Below are positions 9,402 to 19,668 of a stretch of 64,000 bases of DNA, piece by piece; position 1 is the first letter of the stretch; the number at the start of each line of letters is the position of its first letter. A program made the position numbers and the translations under genes. The DNA is taken from assembly GCA_031082205.1 (NCBI GenBank), contig JAVHLJ010000004.1, positions 8,942-72,941 on the forward strand, in the 5' to 3' direction. This DNA is from Elusimicrobiales bacterium (GTDB lineage Bacteria > Elusimicrobiota > Elusimicrobia > Elusimicrobiales > UBA9959). Below the pieces are notes generated by a model, which was not told the DNA's origin, ran no database searches, and worked only from the letters and a program-made list of their open reading frames with translations.

Positions 9402-10490
9402 ATGAAGTCCAACCCGTTCGTCAAAAAGAACCTCGCGGCCGCGCTCGCGGCAGCACCGGGCGCGCCCGCCGCGGAGCTTCGCCGCCGCCTGGCCCGCGTG
9501 CGCTGGCCGGTGTACCGCAAGCCGAAGGTCTGCGAGGTCACGGTCAATTACCGCTGCAATCTCCGCTGCGTCTTCTGCTATAACCCCGCCGATTTCCACG
9601 CCTCCGACGCGCCGCCGGCGGACATGAAGGACATAGCCCGGGCTCTCTACGCCGGGCGCAGGAGCGGGGCCTGGATAGCCAGCCTCATCGGCGGCGAGCC
9701 CACGCTGCGCCCGGACCTGCCGGAGATAGCCCGACTGGCCCGGAAGATGGGCTACCCGCTGGTGAAGGTCTGCACCAACAGCGTCAATTTTTCCGACAGG
9801 ACGCTGATGCCGCGGCTGCGGGCCGCCGGCGTCAACATGCTCGACGTTTCGCTGCACGGGCCTTCGGCCGCGGTGCACGACCGGCTGGTCGGCGTGAAGG
9901 GCGCTTTCGACCGGGTGGTCGCCACCGTGCGCGCCGCCCAGGCCGCCGGCCTGGAAGTGGGCCTGGCGCAGGTCGTCAACCGCCTGAACTACCGGCGTTT
10001 TCCTGAATTCTTCCGTTTCGTCTTCGGGGAGCTGAAGATCAACTACTACAACATCATCTACGGCCATTACGCCGGCCTGATGGCCGGCAACGCGGCCCTG
10101 CTGCGGACGAGGATATCCTCCACGGTGCCCTATGTCAGGCGGGGCCTGGCCCATATCGCCTCTTCCGGGCTGCCGTCCTTCGCCCGGATGGTGGTCAATT
10201 TTCCGCCCTGCCTGATGCCGGAGTATTTCAACGTCATGGCCGACTGGGAACTGCCATCGTCCGGCGAGGCGCAGGAGGAACTGATGCTGCCCGACGGCAC
10301 CATGCGCGGGCTGCAGGAGATGAAGGCCGAAGGCTCCGCGAAAGTTAAGGGCTGCCGCGGCTGCCTGCTCTACGACAGGTGCAAGGGCGTGGAGAAGAGC
10401 TACATAAAACTTTACGGCGGTTCCGAGTTCAAAGCGATAAAGGCGCTGCCGCCCCAGGAACTGGCCGCGGCCTGGGAGAGGGGCGCCTGA
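9402..10490 (+). CDS. Radical SAM protein, HxsC-like
   Basis: CNLRCVFC, LIGGEPT, SLHGP, FPPC, CRGCLLYDRCKG. Confidence 0.85.
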   Translation: MKSNPFVKKNLAAALAAAPGAPAAELRRRLARVRWPVYRKPKVCEVTVNYRCNLRCVFCYNPADFHASDAPPADMKDIARALYAGRRSGAWIASLIGGEPTLRPDLPEIARLARKMGYPLVKVCTNSVNFSDRTLMPRLRAAGVNMLDVSLHGPSAAVHDRLVGVKGAFDRVVATVRAAQAAGLEVGLAQVVNRLNYRRFPEFFRFVFGELKINYYNIIYGHYAGLMAGNAALLRTRISSTVPYVRRGLAHIASSGLPSFARMVVNFPPCLMPEYFNVMADWELPSSGEAQEELMLPDGTMRGLQEMKAEGSAKVKGCRGCLLYDRCKGVEKSYIKLYGGSEFKAIKALPPQELAAAWERGA

Positions 10491-11527
10491 TGCCGACGCG
10501 CGAGCTGGACCTCTGCGTAACCAACGCCTGCAACCTGCGCTGCCGCTACTGCTACGCGGCGGGCCGCAATATGGGCCGGACCGCGCTGACCGCGGCCGAG
10601 ATGCGCCGCGCCGTCGATCTCTATCTCGAGGGGGCCGCCCGCACCTGCGACAAGATAAGCGTCAGCGGCGGCGAGCCGCTGCTGCTCTGGCGGCTGATGC
10701 CCGGCCTGCTGGGCCACATAAAGTCCGCCAGGCCCCGCGGCGCCGGCACCGAGCTTTTCACCAACGGCCTGCTGCTTTCCCCGGACAAGGCGCGCGCCAT
10801 GCTCAAGGCGGGCGTGAAGGTCAGGCTGAGCCTTGACGGCGAGAAGGAGAGCCACGACGCCTGCCGCCCTTCGGCCTCGGGGCGCTCGTCCTTCGGCTCC
10901 GTCATCGGCCGCGTCCTGGCGCTGCCCCCGGAGCTGCGCGCCCGGCTGGACGCGGTACCCACGGTCTCCATAGTCAGCTACCGCCGCATGACCGAGAACA
11001 TGCTCTTCCTGCTGGCGCTGGGCCTGCAGGCGGTCAAGCCTTCCTTCGTCCTCGACGAGGTCTGGCCGGCCGCCGACCTGCGCGAACTGAGGCGGGTGCT
11101 GGCCGCGCTCAAACGGACCGCCGCGAAGCATCTGCGCTCCGGGCGCCTCAACAGGGTGGCGCTAAAGGACCTCTCCGGCGGCGCCGCGGATTTCAGGATG
11201 TCCAACGAGATATCGATAGGCACCGACAGGTTCTTCTACCCCAGTTCGCTGGTCGCCGCCTCCTCGCCCGCGCTGCCGAAATCCCTCCTCGACGAATGGA
11301 GGATCGGCAGCCTGTCGGAGGGGATAGACTGGGAGAGGCTCGACGCCCTGCGCGACCGGGCCTACGCCGAGATAAAGTCCTGCGGCGCCGACCTCTACCT
11401 CGGCTGCCTGCTCTGCATGTATTACAGCTCCCGGATAAGGAAGGTACCGCTGAAGCCCCTGCTTAAAAGCGGGGAGAAGGTGGCGCGCGCCGTGCTCGAG
11501 GCCGGCCTGGGCGAGGTGTCGCCCTGA
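10490..11527 (+). CDS. Radical SAM protein
   Basis: TGATG overlap start. CNLRCRYC, VSGGEPL, LSLDG. Confidence 0.8.
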   Translation: MPTRELDLCVTNACNLRCRYCYAAGRNMGRTALTAAEMRRAVDLYLEGAARTCDKISVSGGEPLLLWRLMPGLLGHIKSARPRGAGTELFTNGLLLSPDKARAMLKAGVKVRLSLDGEKESHDACRPSASGRSSFGSVIGRVLALPPELRARLDAVPTVSIVSYRRMTENMLFLLALGLQAVKPSFVLDEVWPAADLRELRRVLAALKRTAAKHLRSGRLNRVALKDLSGGAADFRMSNEISIGTDRFFYPSSLVAASSPALPKSLLDEWRIGSLSEGIDWERLDALRDRAYAEIKSCGADLYLGCLLCMYYSSRIRKVPLKPLLKSGEKVARAVLEAGLGEVSP

Positions 11528-12978
11528 TGAAGAGGCCGTCGGTCATCCTGTTCAAAAGCCGCAGCGTCGTCTCCAAGGTGACCGGCGTGACCCCGCCGCT
11601 GGGACTGCTCTATATCGCCGCTTATCTGCGCGACCGCCTCGGGGCGGAGGTGCGCGTGGTGGACGGCACCCTGGAGCCCGAGCCCCTTAAAGCCCTGGCG
11701 GCCGCCGCCCGCTCTTCGCGCCCCGACGTCGTGGGGATAAGCGCGCTGACCCCCGAGGCCTTCCTCGCGCACAAGGCCTCGGCCGCCGTGAAAGAGATCG
11801 ACCCGTCCATCCCGGTGATACTGGGCGGTCCTCACCCGTCGGCCGATCCCGCGGCAGCGCTCTCCGACCCCAATACCGACGCCGCCGTCATAGGCGAAGG
11901 CGAGGAAACTTTCGCGGACCTGGTGCAGCTGATAATATCGGAAGGCCCTGGCTGGGCGCGGCCGGAACTCCTGCGCGCCCTGCCCGGCCTCGCATTCCGC
12001 GCCGATGGCCGCGTCGAACTCTCCGCGCCGCGCGCCCCCATCGCCGACCTGGATTCGCTCCCCTTCCCGGCCTGGGACCTCATCGACTATAAAAAATTCT
12101 GGGGCCGCGGCAGCATGACCAGCGCCGGTTTCAGGCCGTATTTCACCATGTTCACCAGCCGCGGCTGCCCGTATCATTGCGTGTACTGCCACCAGATATT
12201 CGGCAAGAGGTTCCGCGCCCGGTCGCCGGAAAGCGTGGCGGAGGAAACGGCCCGCCTGCTGGCGATGGGAGCGCGCGATATAGAGGTGCTCGACGATATA
12301 GCAAATTTCGACCAGCGGCGGTTCGACCGGATGCTGGAACTGATGCTGGAAAGGGGGCTCCGCCCGGTGCTGAGTTTTCCCAACGCCATACGCGCCGACA
12401 TCATGCGCGAGCGTTCGGTGGAGCTGCTGACGCGCGTCGGCGCCGGCGAGGTCTCCGTCGCCATAGAGACCGCCTCGCCTCGGCTGCAGCGGCTGCTGGG
12501 CAAAGACCTGGATCTCGGGAAGGCCTCGCGCACGATAGACATGCTGGCGGACCGCAGGATCTTCACGCGCGGCTTCTTCATGCTCGGGTTCCCGACCGAG
12601 ACGGAAGCGGAGATGCGCGCGACCATAAAGTTCGCGCACGCCTCGCGTCTGCACCTGGCGATGTTCTTCACCCCCAATCCTTTCCGCAACACCGGCCTCT
12701 ACGGCCTTTTCGAGAAGGCCGGCAAGCTGCCGAAGGACGCGCGAAGCATCGACTACGAGTACTACGGCGCGCCGTTCAACGCCAGCGAGATGTCCGACGC
12801 CCGGTACCGCGCGCTCTACCGCTGGGCCTATTACGGTTTCTATTTTAACCCCCTCCGTGCCCTGCGCATACTGCGCGACAGGCCCAGCCGGCTGGACATA
12901 CCGCTGCGGGCCTGGCGGCTGCTGCGGAACGTGGTATCTTTCAGGAGGCTGAGCGAGGCCGAAGGCGGAGGGGCATGA
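11527..12978 (+). CDS. B12-binding radical SAM protein (class B methyltransferase-like)
   Basis: PPLGLLYIAAYL, ILGGPHPS, IGEGEETF, TSRGCPYHCVYC, GFFMLGFPTET. Confidence 0.9.
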   Translation: MKRPSVILFKSRSVVSKVTGVTPPLGLLYIAAYLRDRLGAEVRVVDGTLEPEPLKALAAAARSSRPDVVGISALTPEAFLAHKASAAVKEIDPSIPVILGGPHPSADPAAALSDPNTDAAVIGEGEETFADLVQLIISEGPGWARPELLRALPGLAFRADGRVELSAPRAPIADLDSLPFPAWDLIDYKKFWGRGSMTSAGFRPYFTMFTSRGCPYHCVYCHQIFGKRFRARSPESVAEETARLLAMGARDIEVLDDIANFDQRRFDRMLELMLERGLRPVLSFPNAIRADIMRERSVELLTRVGAGEVSVAIETASPRLQRLLGKDLDLGKASRTIDMLADRRIFTRGFFMLGFPTETEAEMRATIKFAHASRLHLAMFFTPNPFRNTGLYGLFEKAGKLPKDARSIDYEYYGAPFNASEMSDARYRALYRWAYYGFYFNPLRALRILRDRPSRLDIPLRAWRLLRNVVSFRRLSEAEGGGA

Positions 12979-14525
12979 GCTCCGGTTACGACGCGATAGT
13001 TGTGGGCGCCGGCGCCGGCGGCCTCTCGGCCGCCCTCTCGCTGGCCGGGCGCGGCCTCAAGGTCCTGGTCGCCGAGAAGGGCGGCGCGCCGGGCGGCAAC
13101 TGCACCTCCGTCACGGAAGGCGGCTACACCTTCGACCTGGCCGTGCACCAGCTCTCCGGCGCCGGCGGGGACGGCGTCTGCTCCTCCATACTGAAAGAGT
13201 ACGGGGTGTCCGACCGCGTGGAACTGCGCAGGGTGGACCCTTTCCTGGTCGTGGACATGCCCGACCGCTCCTACGAGATACGCTGCGGCCGCGCCGCTTT
13301 CCGCGACGAACTGGTCAAGGCCTTCCCCGGCGACGCCGGCGACATAGAGCGGATGATAGACGGCCTCGATTCTCTGCGCAAGGACGCGCTCATCGCCCAG
13401 CGTATCGTATACGGCGGGAACCGCTGGATGGACGAGGCCCTGCGGCGCGAGATCGGCGCCGGGAAACTGCTTTCCTTCCCTTTCACCGCGTTCGCCGGGC
13501 TGGTCCTGCGGCAGCGCTCCGACGCCGACTCTGTGCTGCGGCGCTGGGTGAGAGACCCCAGGCTTCGCGCCGTCGTGCACGCCTCGTGGCCGTATCTCGG
13601 TCTGCCGCCGTCGCGCCTTTCCGGCCTGATGATGAACATCTTCGTTTCCATGCAGCACATGTGCGGCGGTTATTATCCGGCCGGCGGCTCCCAGAGGCTG
13701 GCCGACGCCATGGCGGAAGCGCTGCGCCGGAAAGGCGGGGAGCTCCTGCTGGGCGCGCCCGTGAAGCGCATCGTGACCGAAGACGGCCGCGCGCGCGGCG
13801 TGGAGCTGGAGGACGGCCGGCGCTTCGCGTCGGAAACCGTCGTTTCCAACACGGACATCCTCGCCACTTACCGCCGGCTGCTGGACCCCTCCTCCCTGCC
13901 CGCGGGGTTCCTGGCCCGGCTGGAGAGCATGCCTCCCTCCATAGCTCCGTTCCGGGTCTGCCTCGGGCTGGACCGCGACCCTTCGGACGAGGGGCTGGAA
14001 CATCACGAGTACATGATACTGCCCGGCTACGATCACGAATCCACCTTCGCCGCCATGGAGCGCGGAGAGGTTCCGGGCGTCAGCCTCTATTCGCCCTCCA
14101 GAATATCCCCGGACCTGTCGCCGCCGGGATGCGGCACGCTGATACTCACGGCGCTGATGCCCTGGCGGCCCGCGCGGGACTGGCGGGGACGCGAGGAGGA
14201 GATAGCCTCCCGGATGATTGAGATAGCGGAAAAGCGCCGGCTCCCCGGCCTTTCCTCGCGTGTGAAGGTCAAAAAGATCATGACGCCGGAGGACCTTTTC
14301 CGCATCACAGGTTCGCACATGGGCGCGATGTACGGCTGGGCCAATACCCCGGGCCAGACCCTTATGAAGAGGCTTTCCATGTATTCGCCCGTGAAGGGCC
14401 TCTATCACGCCGGCCATTGGACGCGGCCCGGGACCGGCGTCACGGGCGCCATACTCTCCGGCTGGATACTCGGGCGGAGGCTGGCCAGCCCGGCGGGCCG
14501 GCTCTTCGACAGGTTCTTCTCATGA
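12975..14525 (+). CDS. Phytoene desaturase/CrtISO-like FAD oxidoreductase (copy 1)
   Basis: DAIVVGAGAGG Rossmann motif, YYPAGGSQRLADA, TP...GAMYG, GLYHAGHWTRPGTGV. Confidence 0.85.
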   Translation: MSSGYDAIVVGAGAGGLSAALSLAGRGLKVLVAEKGGAPGGNCTSVTEGGYTFDLAVHQLSGAGGDGVCSSILKEYGVSDRVELRRVDPFLVVDMPDRSYEIRCGRAAFRDELVKAFPGDAGDIERMIDGLDSLRKDALIAQRIVYGGNRWMDEALRREIGAGKLLSFPFTAFAGLVLRQRSDADSVLRRWVRDPRLRAVVHASWPYLGLPPSRLSGLMMNIFVSMQHMCGGYYPAGGSQRLADAMAEALRRKGGELLLGAPVKRIVTEDGRARGVELEDGRRFASETVVSNTDILATYRRLLDPSSLPAGFLARLESMPPSIAPFRVCLGLDRDPSDEGLEHHEYMILPGYDHESTFAAMERGEVPGVSLYSPSRISPDLSPPGCGTLILTALMPWRPARDWRGREEEIASRMIEIAEKRRLPGLSSRVKVKKIMTPEDLFRITGSHMGAMYGWANTPGQTLMKRLSMYSPVKGLYHAGHWTRPGTGVTGAILSGWILGRRLASPAGRLFDRFFS

Positions 14526-15079
14526 GGCGGGCTCTTACCAGGGAGAATTTATTTTTCGGGCTGTCGCTGGTCCCGCTCGCCGTTTTCCTCCGCCTGGCGG
14601 GGATGGGCGGATATACCGACGAAGCCTGGGCCCTCTCGTTCAGGACCGGTGCCGCGCTCTGCGCCGGCTTCGCCGTCCTTTCACTTCGCGCCCGGGTCAA
14701 ACCCCGGGACGTATTCGGCGCCGCCGCGCTGCTGCTCTGCACCGGCGCCCTGTCTTTCCTGGCCGGCCTGGCCCCCGTCATAGACCTTTACCGCGAGTAC
14801 CAGGGGGCGGTGTTCATGTTCTGGTACGCGGCGCTGCGCCTGGCGCTCGCCCTGCGCCCAGTTCTCTTCGCCGTCTGGCTCGACGACAGGTTCTCCCGCC
14901 GCCGCGGCCTGGCCGCCCTGCTGGCGGCCGCCGCCTTCGCCTGGTCCTTCTTTTTCCACCGCGATCTGCTGGCCGGTACCGCCGCGCCGTTCATCCTCAT
15001 GAACGCCGCGCTGCACCTGGCCTGCCGCCAGCCGGCCGGCGGCGCGGGCGCCCGCGGGGACGAGGAGCCGTCGGCATGA
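14522..15079 (+). CDS. Hypothetical membrane protein (about 5 TM segments)
   Basis: ATGA overlaps at both ends; hydrophobic segments. Confidence 0.7.
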   Translation: MRRALTRENLFFGLSLVPLAVFLRLAGMGGYTDEAWALSFRTGAALCAGFAVLSLRARVKPRDVFGAAALLLCTGALSFLAGLAPVIDLYREYQGAVFMFWYAALRLALALRPVLFAVWLDDRFSRRRGLAALLAAAAFAWSFFFHRDLLAGTAAPFILMNAALHLACRQPAGGAGARGDEEPSA

Positions 15080-16626
15080 ACGGGACTGTTTACGACGCGG
15101 TGATAGTGGGGGCCGGGGCAGGGGGCCTCTCGGCCGGGCTGGGCCTGGCGCGCCGCGGCTGGAAAGTCCTCGTCGCCGAGAAGAACGCCTGGGCCGGAGG
15201 CAACTGCACGGCCCGGGATTACGGCGGCTACACCTTCGACCTGGCCGTGCACCAGCTGACCGGCATCGGCGGCGGGGGGATGAGCGCGGAGATACTTAAG
15301 GAATACGGAGTTTACGACAGGGTAAGGTTCCTCCGGGTGGAGCCTTTCCTGGTGGTGGACATGCCGGACCGCTCTTACAGGCTGCCGGGGGACCGGGAGG
15401 GGCTTCGCGCGGAGCTGAAAAAGGATTTTCCGGATGACGCCGCGGACATCGACCGCATGCTGTCCGGGCTGGCCACGCTCAAAAAGGACGCGGTCATAGC
15501 GCAGCGCCTGCTCTACGGCGCCAACGCGATAGCGGACTCTATGGTCATGCGGGTGGCCGGCCCGGCCGGCCTCGCCTCCTTCCCGTTCACTTTCCCCTGG
15601 GGCATAGCCTCGCGCGTGCGGTCCGGCGCCGACGCCATGCTGAGGCGCTGGGTCCGGAACCCGCGGCTGCGCGCGGTGATGCATTCCTCCTGGCTTTACC
15701 TGGGCCTGCCTCCGCGGCGGGTGGCCGGCGTCATGATGGACGTTTTCGTGGCGATGCAGCACATGGAGCACAGCTACTACCCGGCCGGCGGCTCGCACCG
15801 CCTGGCCGAGGCCATGGCGGACGCTTTCAGGGAGGCCGGCGGCGAGCTGCTGCTCTCCTCCCCGGCGGCCCGCATCCTGACCGAAGGGGGGCGCGCGTCC
15901 GGCGTGGAACTGGCCGGCGGGCGCCGTATCCATGCGCGGGTGGTTATCTCGAACGCCGACGCCAGGCACACCTATTCGGAACTGCTGCGGCCGGGCGACG
16001 CGCCCGGCCGGTTCGCGCGCGGACTGGCGCGGATGAAGCCTTCCATGGGGCCCTTCCGCGTCTGCCTGGGGCTGGACTACGACGTGTCGAAGAACGGACT
16101 CGAAGAACACGAATACATGATCTACCCCGGCTACGACCACGAGGAGACCTTCGCCGCCATGGAGCGCGGCGAGCCCGCCGCCGTCAGCGCCTATTCGCCG
16201 ACCCGCATCTCGCCGGAACTGGCCCCGCCCGGCCACAGCACGCTGATACTGACGACGCTGCTGCCCTGGAAACCGGAGCGCGACTGGCGCGGCCGGGAGG
16301 ATGAGATCGCGGCGGAGATGATCGCGGCCGTGGAGAGCCGCCGCCTCCCCGGGCTGTCTTCGCATATAAAGGTCAGGAAGATCATGACGCCGGGGGACAT
16401 GAACAGGCTGACCAATTCCTCCGGCGGCGCCATGTACGGCTGGGAGAACTCGCCCGGGCAGGCGCTGACTTTCCGCATGCCCCAGAAGTCGCCCTTAAAA
16501 GGCCTTTATCACGCCGGCCACTGGACGCGCCCGGGTACCGGCGTGACCACGGCGATACTTTCCGGCTGGCTTCTGGCCAACCGCCTCAATGACTGGAGGG
16601 GAAAGGTCCTCGACAGGATACTCTGA
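15076..16626 (+). CDS. Phytoene desaturase/CrtISO-like FAD oxidoreductase (copy 2)
   Basis: Same motifs and same length (516 aa) as 12975..14525. Confidence 0.85.
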   Translation: MNGTVYDAVIVGAGAGGLSAGLGLARRGWKVLVAEKNAWAGGNCTARDYGGYTFDLAVHQLTGIGGGGMSAEILKEYGVYDRVRFLRVEPFLVVDMPDRSYRLPGDREGLRAELKKDFPDDAADIDRMLSGLATLKKDAVIAQRLLYGANAIADSMVMRVAGPAGLASFPFTFPWGIASRVRSGADAMLRRWVRNPRLRAVMHSSWLYLGLPPRRVAGVMMDVFVAMQHMEHSYYPAGGSHRLAEAMADAFREAGGELLLSSPAARILTEGGRASGVELAGGRRIHARVVISNADARHTYSELLRPGDAPGRFARGLARMKPSMGPFRVCLGLDYDVSKNGLEEHEYMIYPGYDHEETFAAMERGEPAAVSAYSPTRISPELAPPGHSTLILTTLLPWKPERDWRGREDEIAAEMIAAVESRRLPGLSSHIKVRKIMTPGDMNRLTNSSGGAMYGWENSPGQALTFRMPQKSPLKGLYHAGHWTRPGTGVTTAILSGWLLANRLNDWRGKVLDRIL

Positions 16627-18074
16627 TGGCTAAAGTCTTCCTGACCACTCCGCCCTGGCAGCCTTTCCATACGCTGCAGGGGCTTTTCCCCGAGGTCCCG
16701 CCGCTGGGCCTGCAGGTGGTGGCCGGCGCGCTGCGCGCCGCGGGCCACGAGGCGAGGGTTTTCAGCGCGCAGCACCTGCGGCCGATGCACCCCGACCTTC
16801 TGCGGGCCGTGGGCGAATTTTCCCCCGACGTCATAGGCTTCTCCAATTCCGAGCTTCCCAACGCCCCTATGGTGCTGAAGGTGGCGGGCGAACTGAGGCG
16901 GCGCCTGCCGGCCGTTAAGTTTTTCGTGGGCGGCCAGGCCCCCAGTTTTTCGCCCGATATATTCCTGGCCCCGGGCTCGCCTTTCGACGCGGCGGTGCTC
17001 TACGAGGCGGAGAACACCGTCTCCCCCGTCGTGGAAGCGCTGGCGGCCGGCCGGCCGCTGGACGGCCTGAAGGGGTGCGCCTGGCGGGACCCCGGCGGCG
17101 AGCTGCGCGTCGCCCCTCCCGGCGAGCCGCCGGCCGACCTGGACGCCGTCCCCCTGCCCTACCGCGAAGGCTCGCTTTACCGGGCGCGCTTCACCGACGG
17201 ACTTTACGCCGCGGTGGAGACATCGCGCGGCTGCCCGTATCAATGCTCTTTCTGTTCCATCCCCGGCTATTACGGCGCCCCGCGCTACAAATCCGCCTCC
17301 CGGATAATAGCCGAACTCCGCGAGCTTAAAAGGATGGGCGTCACCGAGTTCTCGATAAACGACGATTCTTTCGGCACCCGCCCCGATATCGTGCGCGAAG
17401 TTCTGGATGCCATGCTGCGCGATAACATGGGTTTCCGGTTCGGCGTGCAGATACGCGCCGATATAATCGCGGCCGAGCCCTGGCTGATAGAGATGGGCGC
17501 GCGGGCGGGGCTTCACATAGCCGTTGTCGGCTTCGAAGGCTATACCCGTAAGGTGCATGACGAGGCGCGCAAGGGCAACTCGGCGGATATCAACAGGGAG
17601 GCGTCGCGGATACTGCGGCGCAACGGCGTGGCCGTATACGGCACGCACGTCTTCGGCGGCCCCGGCACCTCCATGCGGGATAACCTGGCGACCTTCTTCC
17701 ACGGCCGCCGCAATTCCGACATCTTCCGCATGACCATATACACGCCGCTGCCCGGGTCGAAGCTGTACGAAGAGCTGTCCGCCGCGGGCAGGCTGGCCGA
17801 GAGCCGGCCGGAGGATTTCTACGAGGGCAAGTACCTGATAAAGGACGCGCACAGCCCGCTGCTGGTGCAGCTGGCCTATTTCGGCCTGCTCGCCCTGCAT
17901 TACGCGCTGCCGGACACGCTGCTCAAGCTTTTCCACCGGCGCGAGGTGATACGGGAGTTCAACCGGCGCGCCTACCGCGGCGCGTTCCATTTCGTGCTGG
18001 GGAAGTTATTCCCTTTCCTCTACGGCCGCGGGGTCAGCGCAGCGCCCCGTCCAGCTCCGCGGCGGGTATCCTGA
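16626..18074 (+). CDS. B12-binding radical SAM protein
   Basis: PPLGL, VGG, TSRGCPYQCSFC, INDDSF, VGFEG. Confidence 0.9.
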   Translation: MAKVFLTTPPWQPFHTLQGLFPEVPPLGLQVVAGALRAAGHEARVFSAQHLRPMHPDLLRAVGEFSPDVIGFSNSELPNAPMVLKVAGELRRRLPAVKFFVGGQAPSFSPDIFLAPGSPFDAAVLYEAENTVSPVVEALAAGRPLDGLKGCAWRDPGGELRVAPPGEPPADLDAVPLPYREGSLYRARFTDGLYAAVETSRGCPYQCSFCSIPGYYGAPRYKSASRIIAELRELKRMGVTEFSINDDSFGTRPDIVREVLDAMLRDNMGFRFGVQIRADIIAAEPWLIEMGARAGLHIAVVGFEGYTRKVHDEARKGNSADINREASRILRRNGVAVYGTHVFGGPGTSMRDNLATFFHGRRNSDIFRMTIYTPLPGSKLYEELSAAGRLAESRPEDFYEGKYLIKDAHSPLLVQLAYFGLLALHYALPDTLLKLFHRREVIREFNRRAYRGAFHFVLGKLFPFLYGRGVSAAPRPAPRRVS

Positions 18075-19668
18075 ACAGGCCGCCGGCGCCGGCCACGTAA
18101 AGATATTTTTCCGTGACCGCCAGAGCCGACGGCCGCGGCGTGGCGTAGAAAGAGCCCAGCCTCGCCATCGAGACCGCGTCGTAGGCGACGATTTCCCCGT
18201 CCAGGTAGGCGGCGGCGTACATTCTTTTCCCGTCGGGCGAGAATTTAAGCGAGCGGACGTGGGAGGGGGACGGTATTACGCGGCGGAAGGCCAGCGTGGC
18301 CGCGTCCAGCTCGTATATGCCGTACTTGAACACGCCGGGGGCGTAGAGCCTTTTCCCGTCCGGTGAAAGGGCGAGGTCCATCGACGGGTAACCCGTTTCC
18401 GCGGAATTCACCAGGGAGAAGGTCCTTTCGTCCAGCTCCAGTATGCGGCGGCCCGGCAGGGCGCCCCAGCCCAGCGCCATTCGCTCCCTGTCCGAGGCTC
18501 CCGGGTCCCTGCCGTATACCGCCAGCAGCAGCGTTCCCCGGAACGGGTTGCGTATCAGCTGGAATACCACCGAGCCCTTCTCCAGCAGTCCGGCCTCGTG
18601 CAGCGAAAGCGCCCTGAGCAGGCGGCCGCCGCCGTCGAGCTCGAAGAGGGCGGGATTGACGTTGTTAAGCGCGAACACCCTGCCGCAGGCGTTGTGAACG
18701 GAGAACAGTTCGTTCACCGGGGAGCCCGCGGAGGAAGGGGGCAGCGGATGACGCCGCAGTTCTCCCGCGCCGGGCCTGTACTCCAGCACTTCGGCGCGGT
18801 GCCAGGGCGCGAAGTAGAGCCGGTCCGCGCATTCGGACGAAAAGCGCCTGACCTGGGTCCCCTCTCGGAAGGAGCGGTAGGTCCCGCCGCGCAGGTCCAG
18901 CCAGGCGAAAGTGGGCGGCGGGGAAGGCTTCGGCCCGAAGGTCGCGCCGAAAGATGCCGCCGCCCATGAATCGTCCGGCGCGGCGTACACGTCGTGCGGG
19001 AACATGGCTCCGGCCGGCCAGGCTTCGCCGTCCGCCGGGACCAGTCCCGGGGACGGGAAGATTTTTTCAAGGACCGCCGGCGGAGCGCGATGCGGGCGCA
19101 GGGGGCTTTCGGGGAAGAAATAGAGCAGGGAGAAAAGGCCGGCCGTGGCCAGTCCGGGCAGCAGTATCGTCGCGGTCAGGCGGAACGAGGCGCGCCTGTA
19201 GGTCAGCAGCCAGTAGACGGCCGCTATGGCCGCGCCCGCCGCGGCCGCCGGCAGGGGGCTGGCGGCCCACACGGTCCGCGCCACGAAATGCCAGAGGCCG
19301 ACCAGTGGAAGAAAGACCGAATCGGCGCCCTGCGCGGCGGCGGGGTAAAAGAAGAAGAGGCCGCAGAGCGCGGCGAAGAAGAGCAGCCGTGCGTACAGGC
19401 CAAAGCGCACGGCGGGAGTCATTCCCAGGCGGCGCCCCTCTATGAGACGGGTGGCGGCGTATTCCAGGGCCAGCAGCGGCAGCGGGGGGATCAGCGCGGC
19501 CCAGAGAGGCAGCGGCAGGGAATGGTAGAAATAGATGTGCGCGGAACGGATGTAGTACAATTGTGCCAGCGCGAAGGCGGCCGGCGCCAGCAGGTAATAA
19601 GCCGCTTCGCCGCGGCTCCGCGGTGCGGGGGCTTTCCTTAAAATTTTTCCGAGTTCCTTTTTCATCAT
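18034..19668 (-). CDS. Membrane protein with N-terminal TM helices and a C-terminal YVTN/WD-like beta-propeller
   Basis: Start moved to ATG 19668/19665 (MMKKELGK). Hydrophobic N-half; repeats such as LALSPDGKRLY and LKFSPDGKRMY. Confidence 0.65.
   Translation of the reverse strand: MMKKELGKILRKAPAPRSRGEAAYYLLAPAAFALAQLYYIRSAHIYFYHSLPLPLWAALIPPLPLLALEYAATRLIEGRRLGMTPAVRFGLYARLLFFAALCGLFFFYPAAAQGADSVFLPLVGLWHFVARTVWAASPLPAAAAGAAIAAVYWLLTYRRASFRLTATILLPGLATAGLFSLLYFFPESPLRPHRAPPAVLEKIFPSPGLVPADGEAWPAGAMFPHDVYAAPDDSWAAASFGATFGPKPSPPPTFAWLDLRGGTYRSFREGTQVRRFSSECADRLYFAPWHRAEVLEYRPGAGELRRHPLPPSSAGSPVNELFSVHNACGRVFALNNVNPALFELDGGGRLLRALSLHEAGLLEKGSVVFQLIRNPFRGTLLLAVYGRDPGASDRERMALGWGALPGRRILELDERTFSLVNSAETGYPSMDLALSPDGKRLYAPGVFKYGIYELDAATLAFRRVIPSPSHVRSLKFSPDGKRMYAAAYLDGEIVAYDAVSMARLGSFYATPRPSALAVTEKYLYVAGAGGLFRIPAAELDGALR

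Noticed and set aside
12975-16626. Standard carotenoid or hopanoid operon (crtI/hpnE)
   Set aside because: No synthase, prenyltransferase or cyclase in the window, so no gene symbols were assigned.
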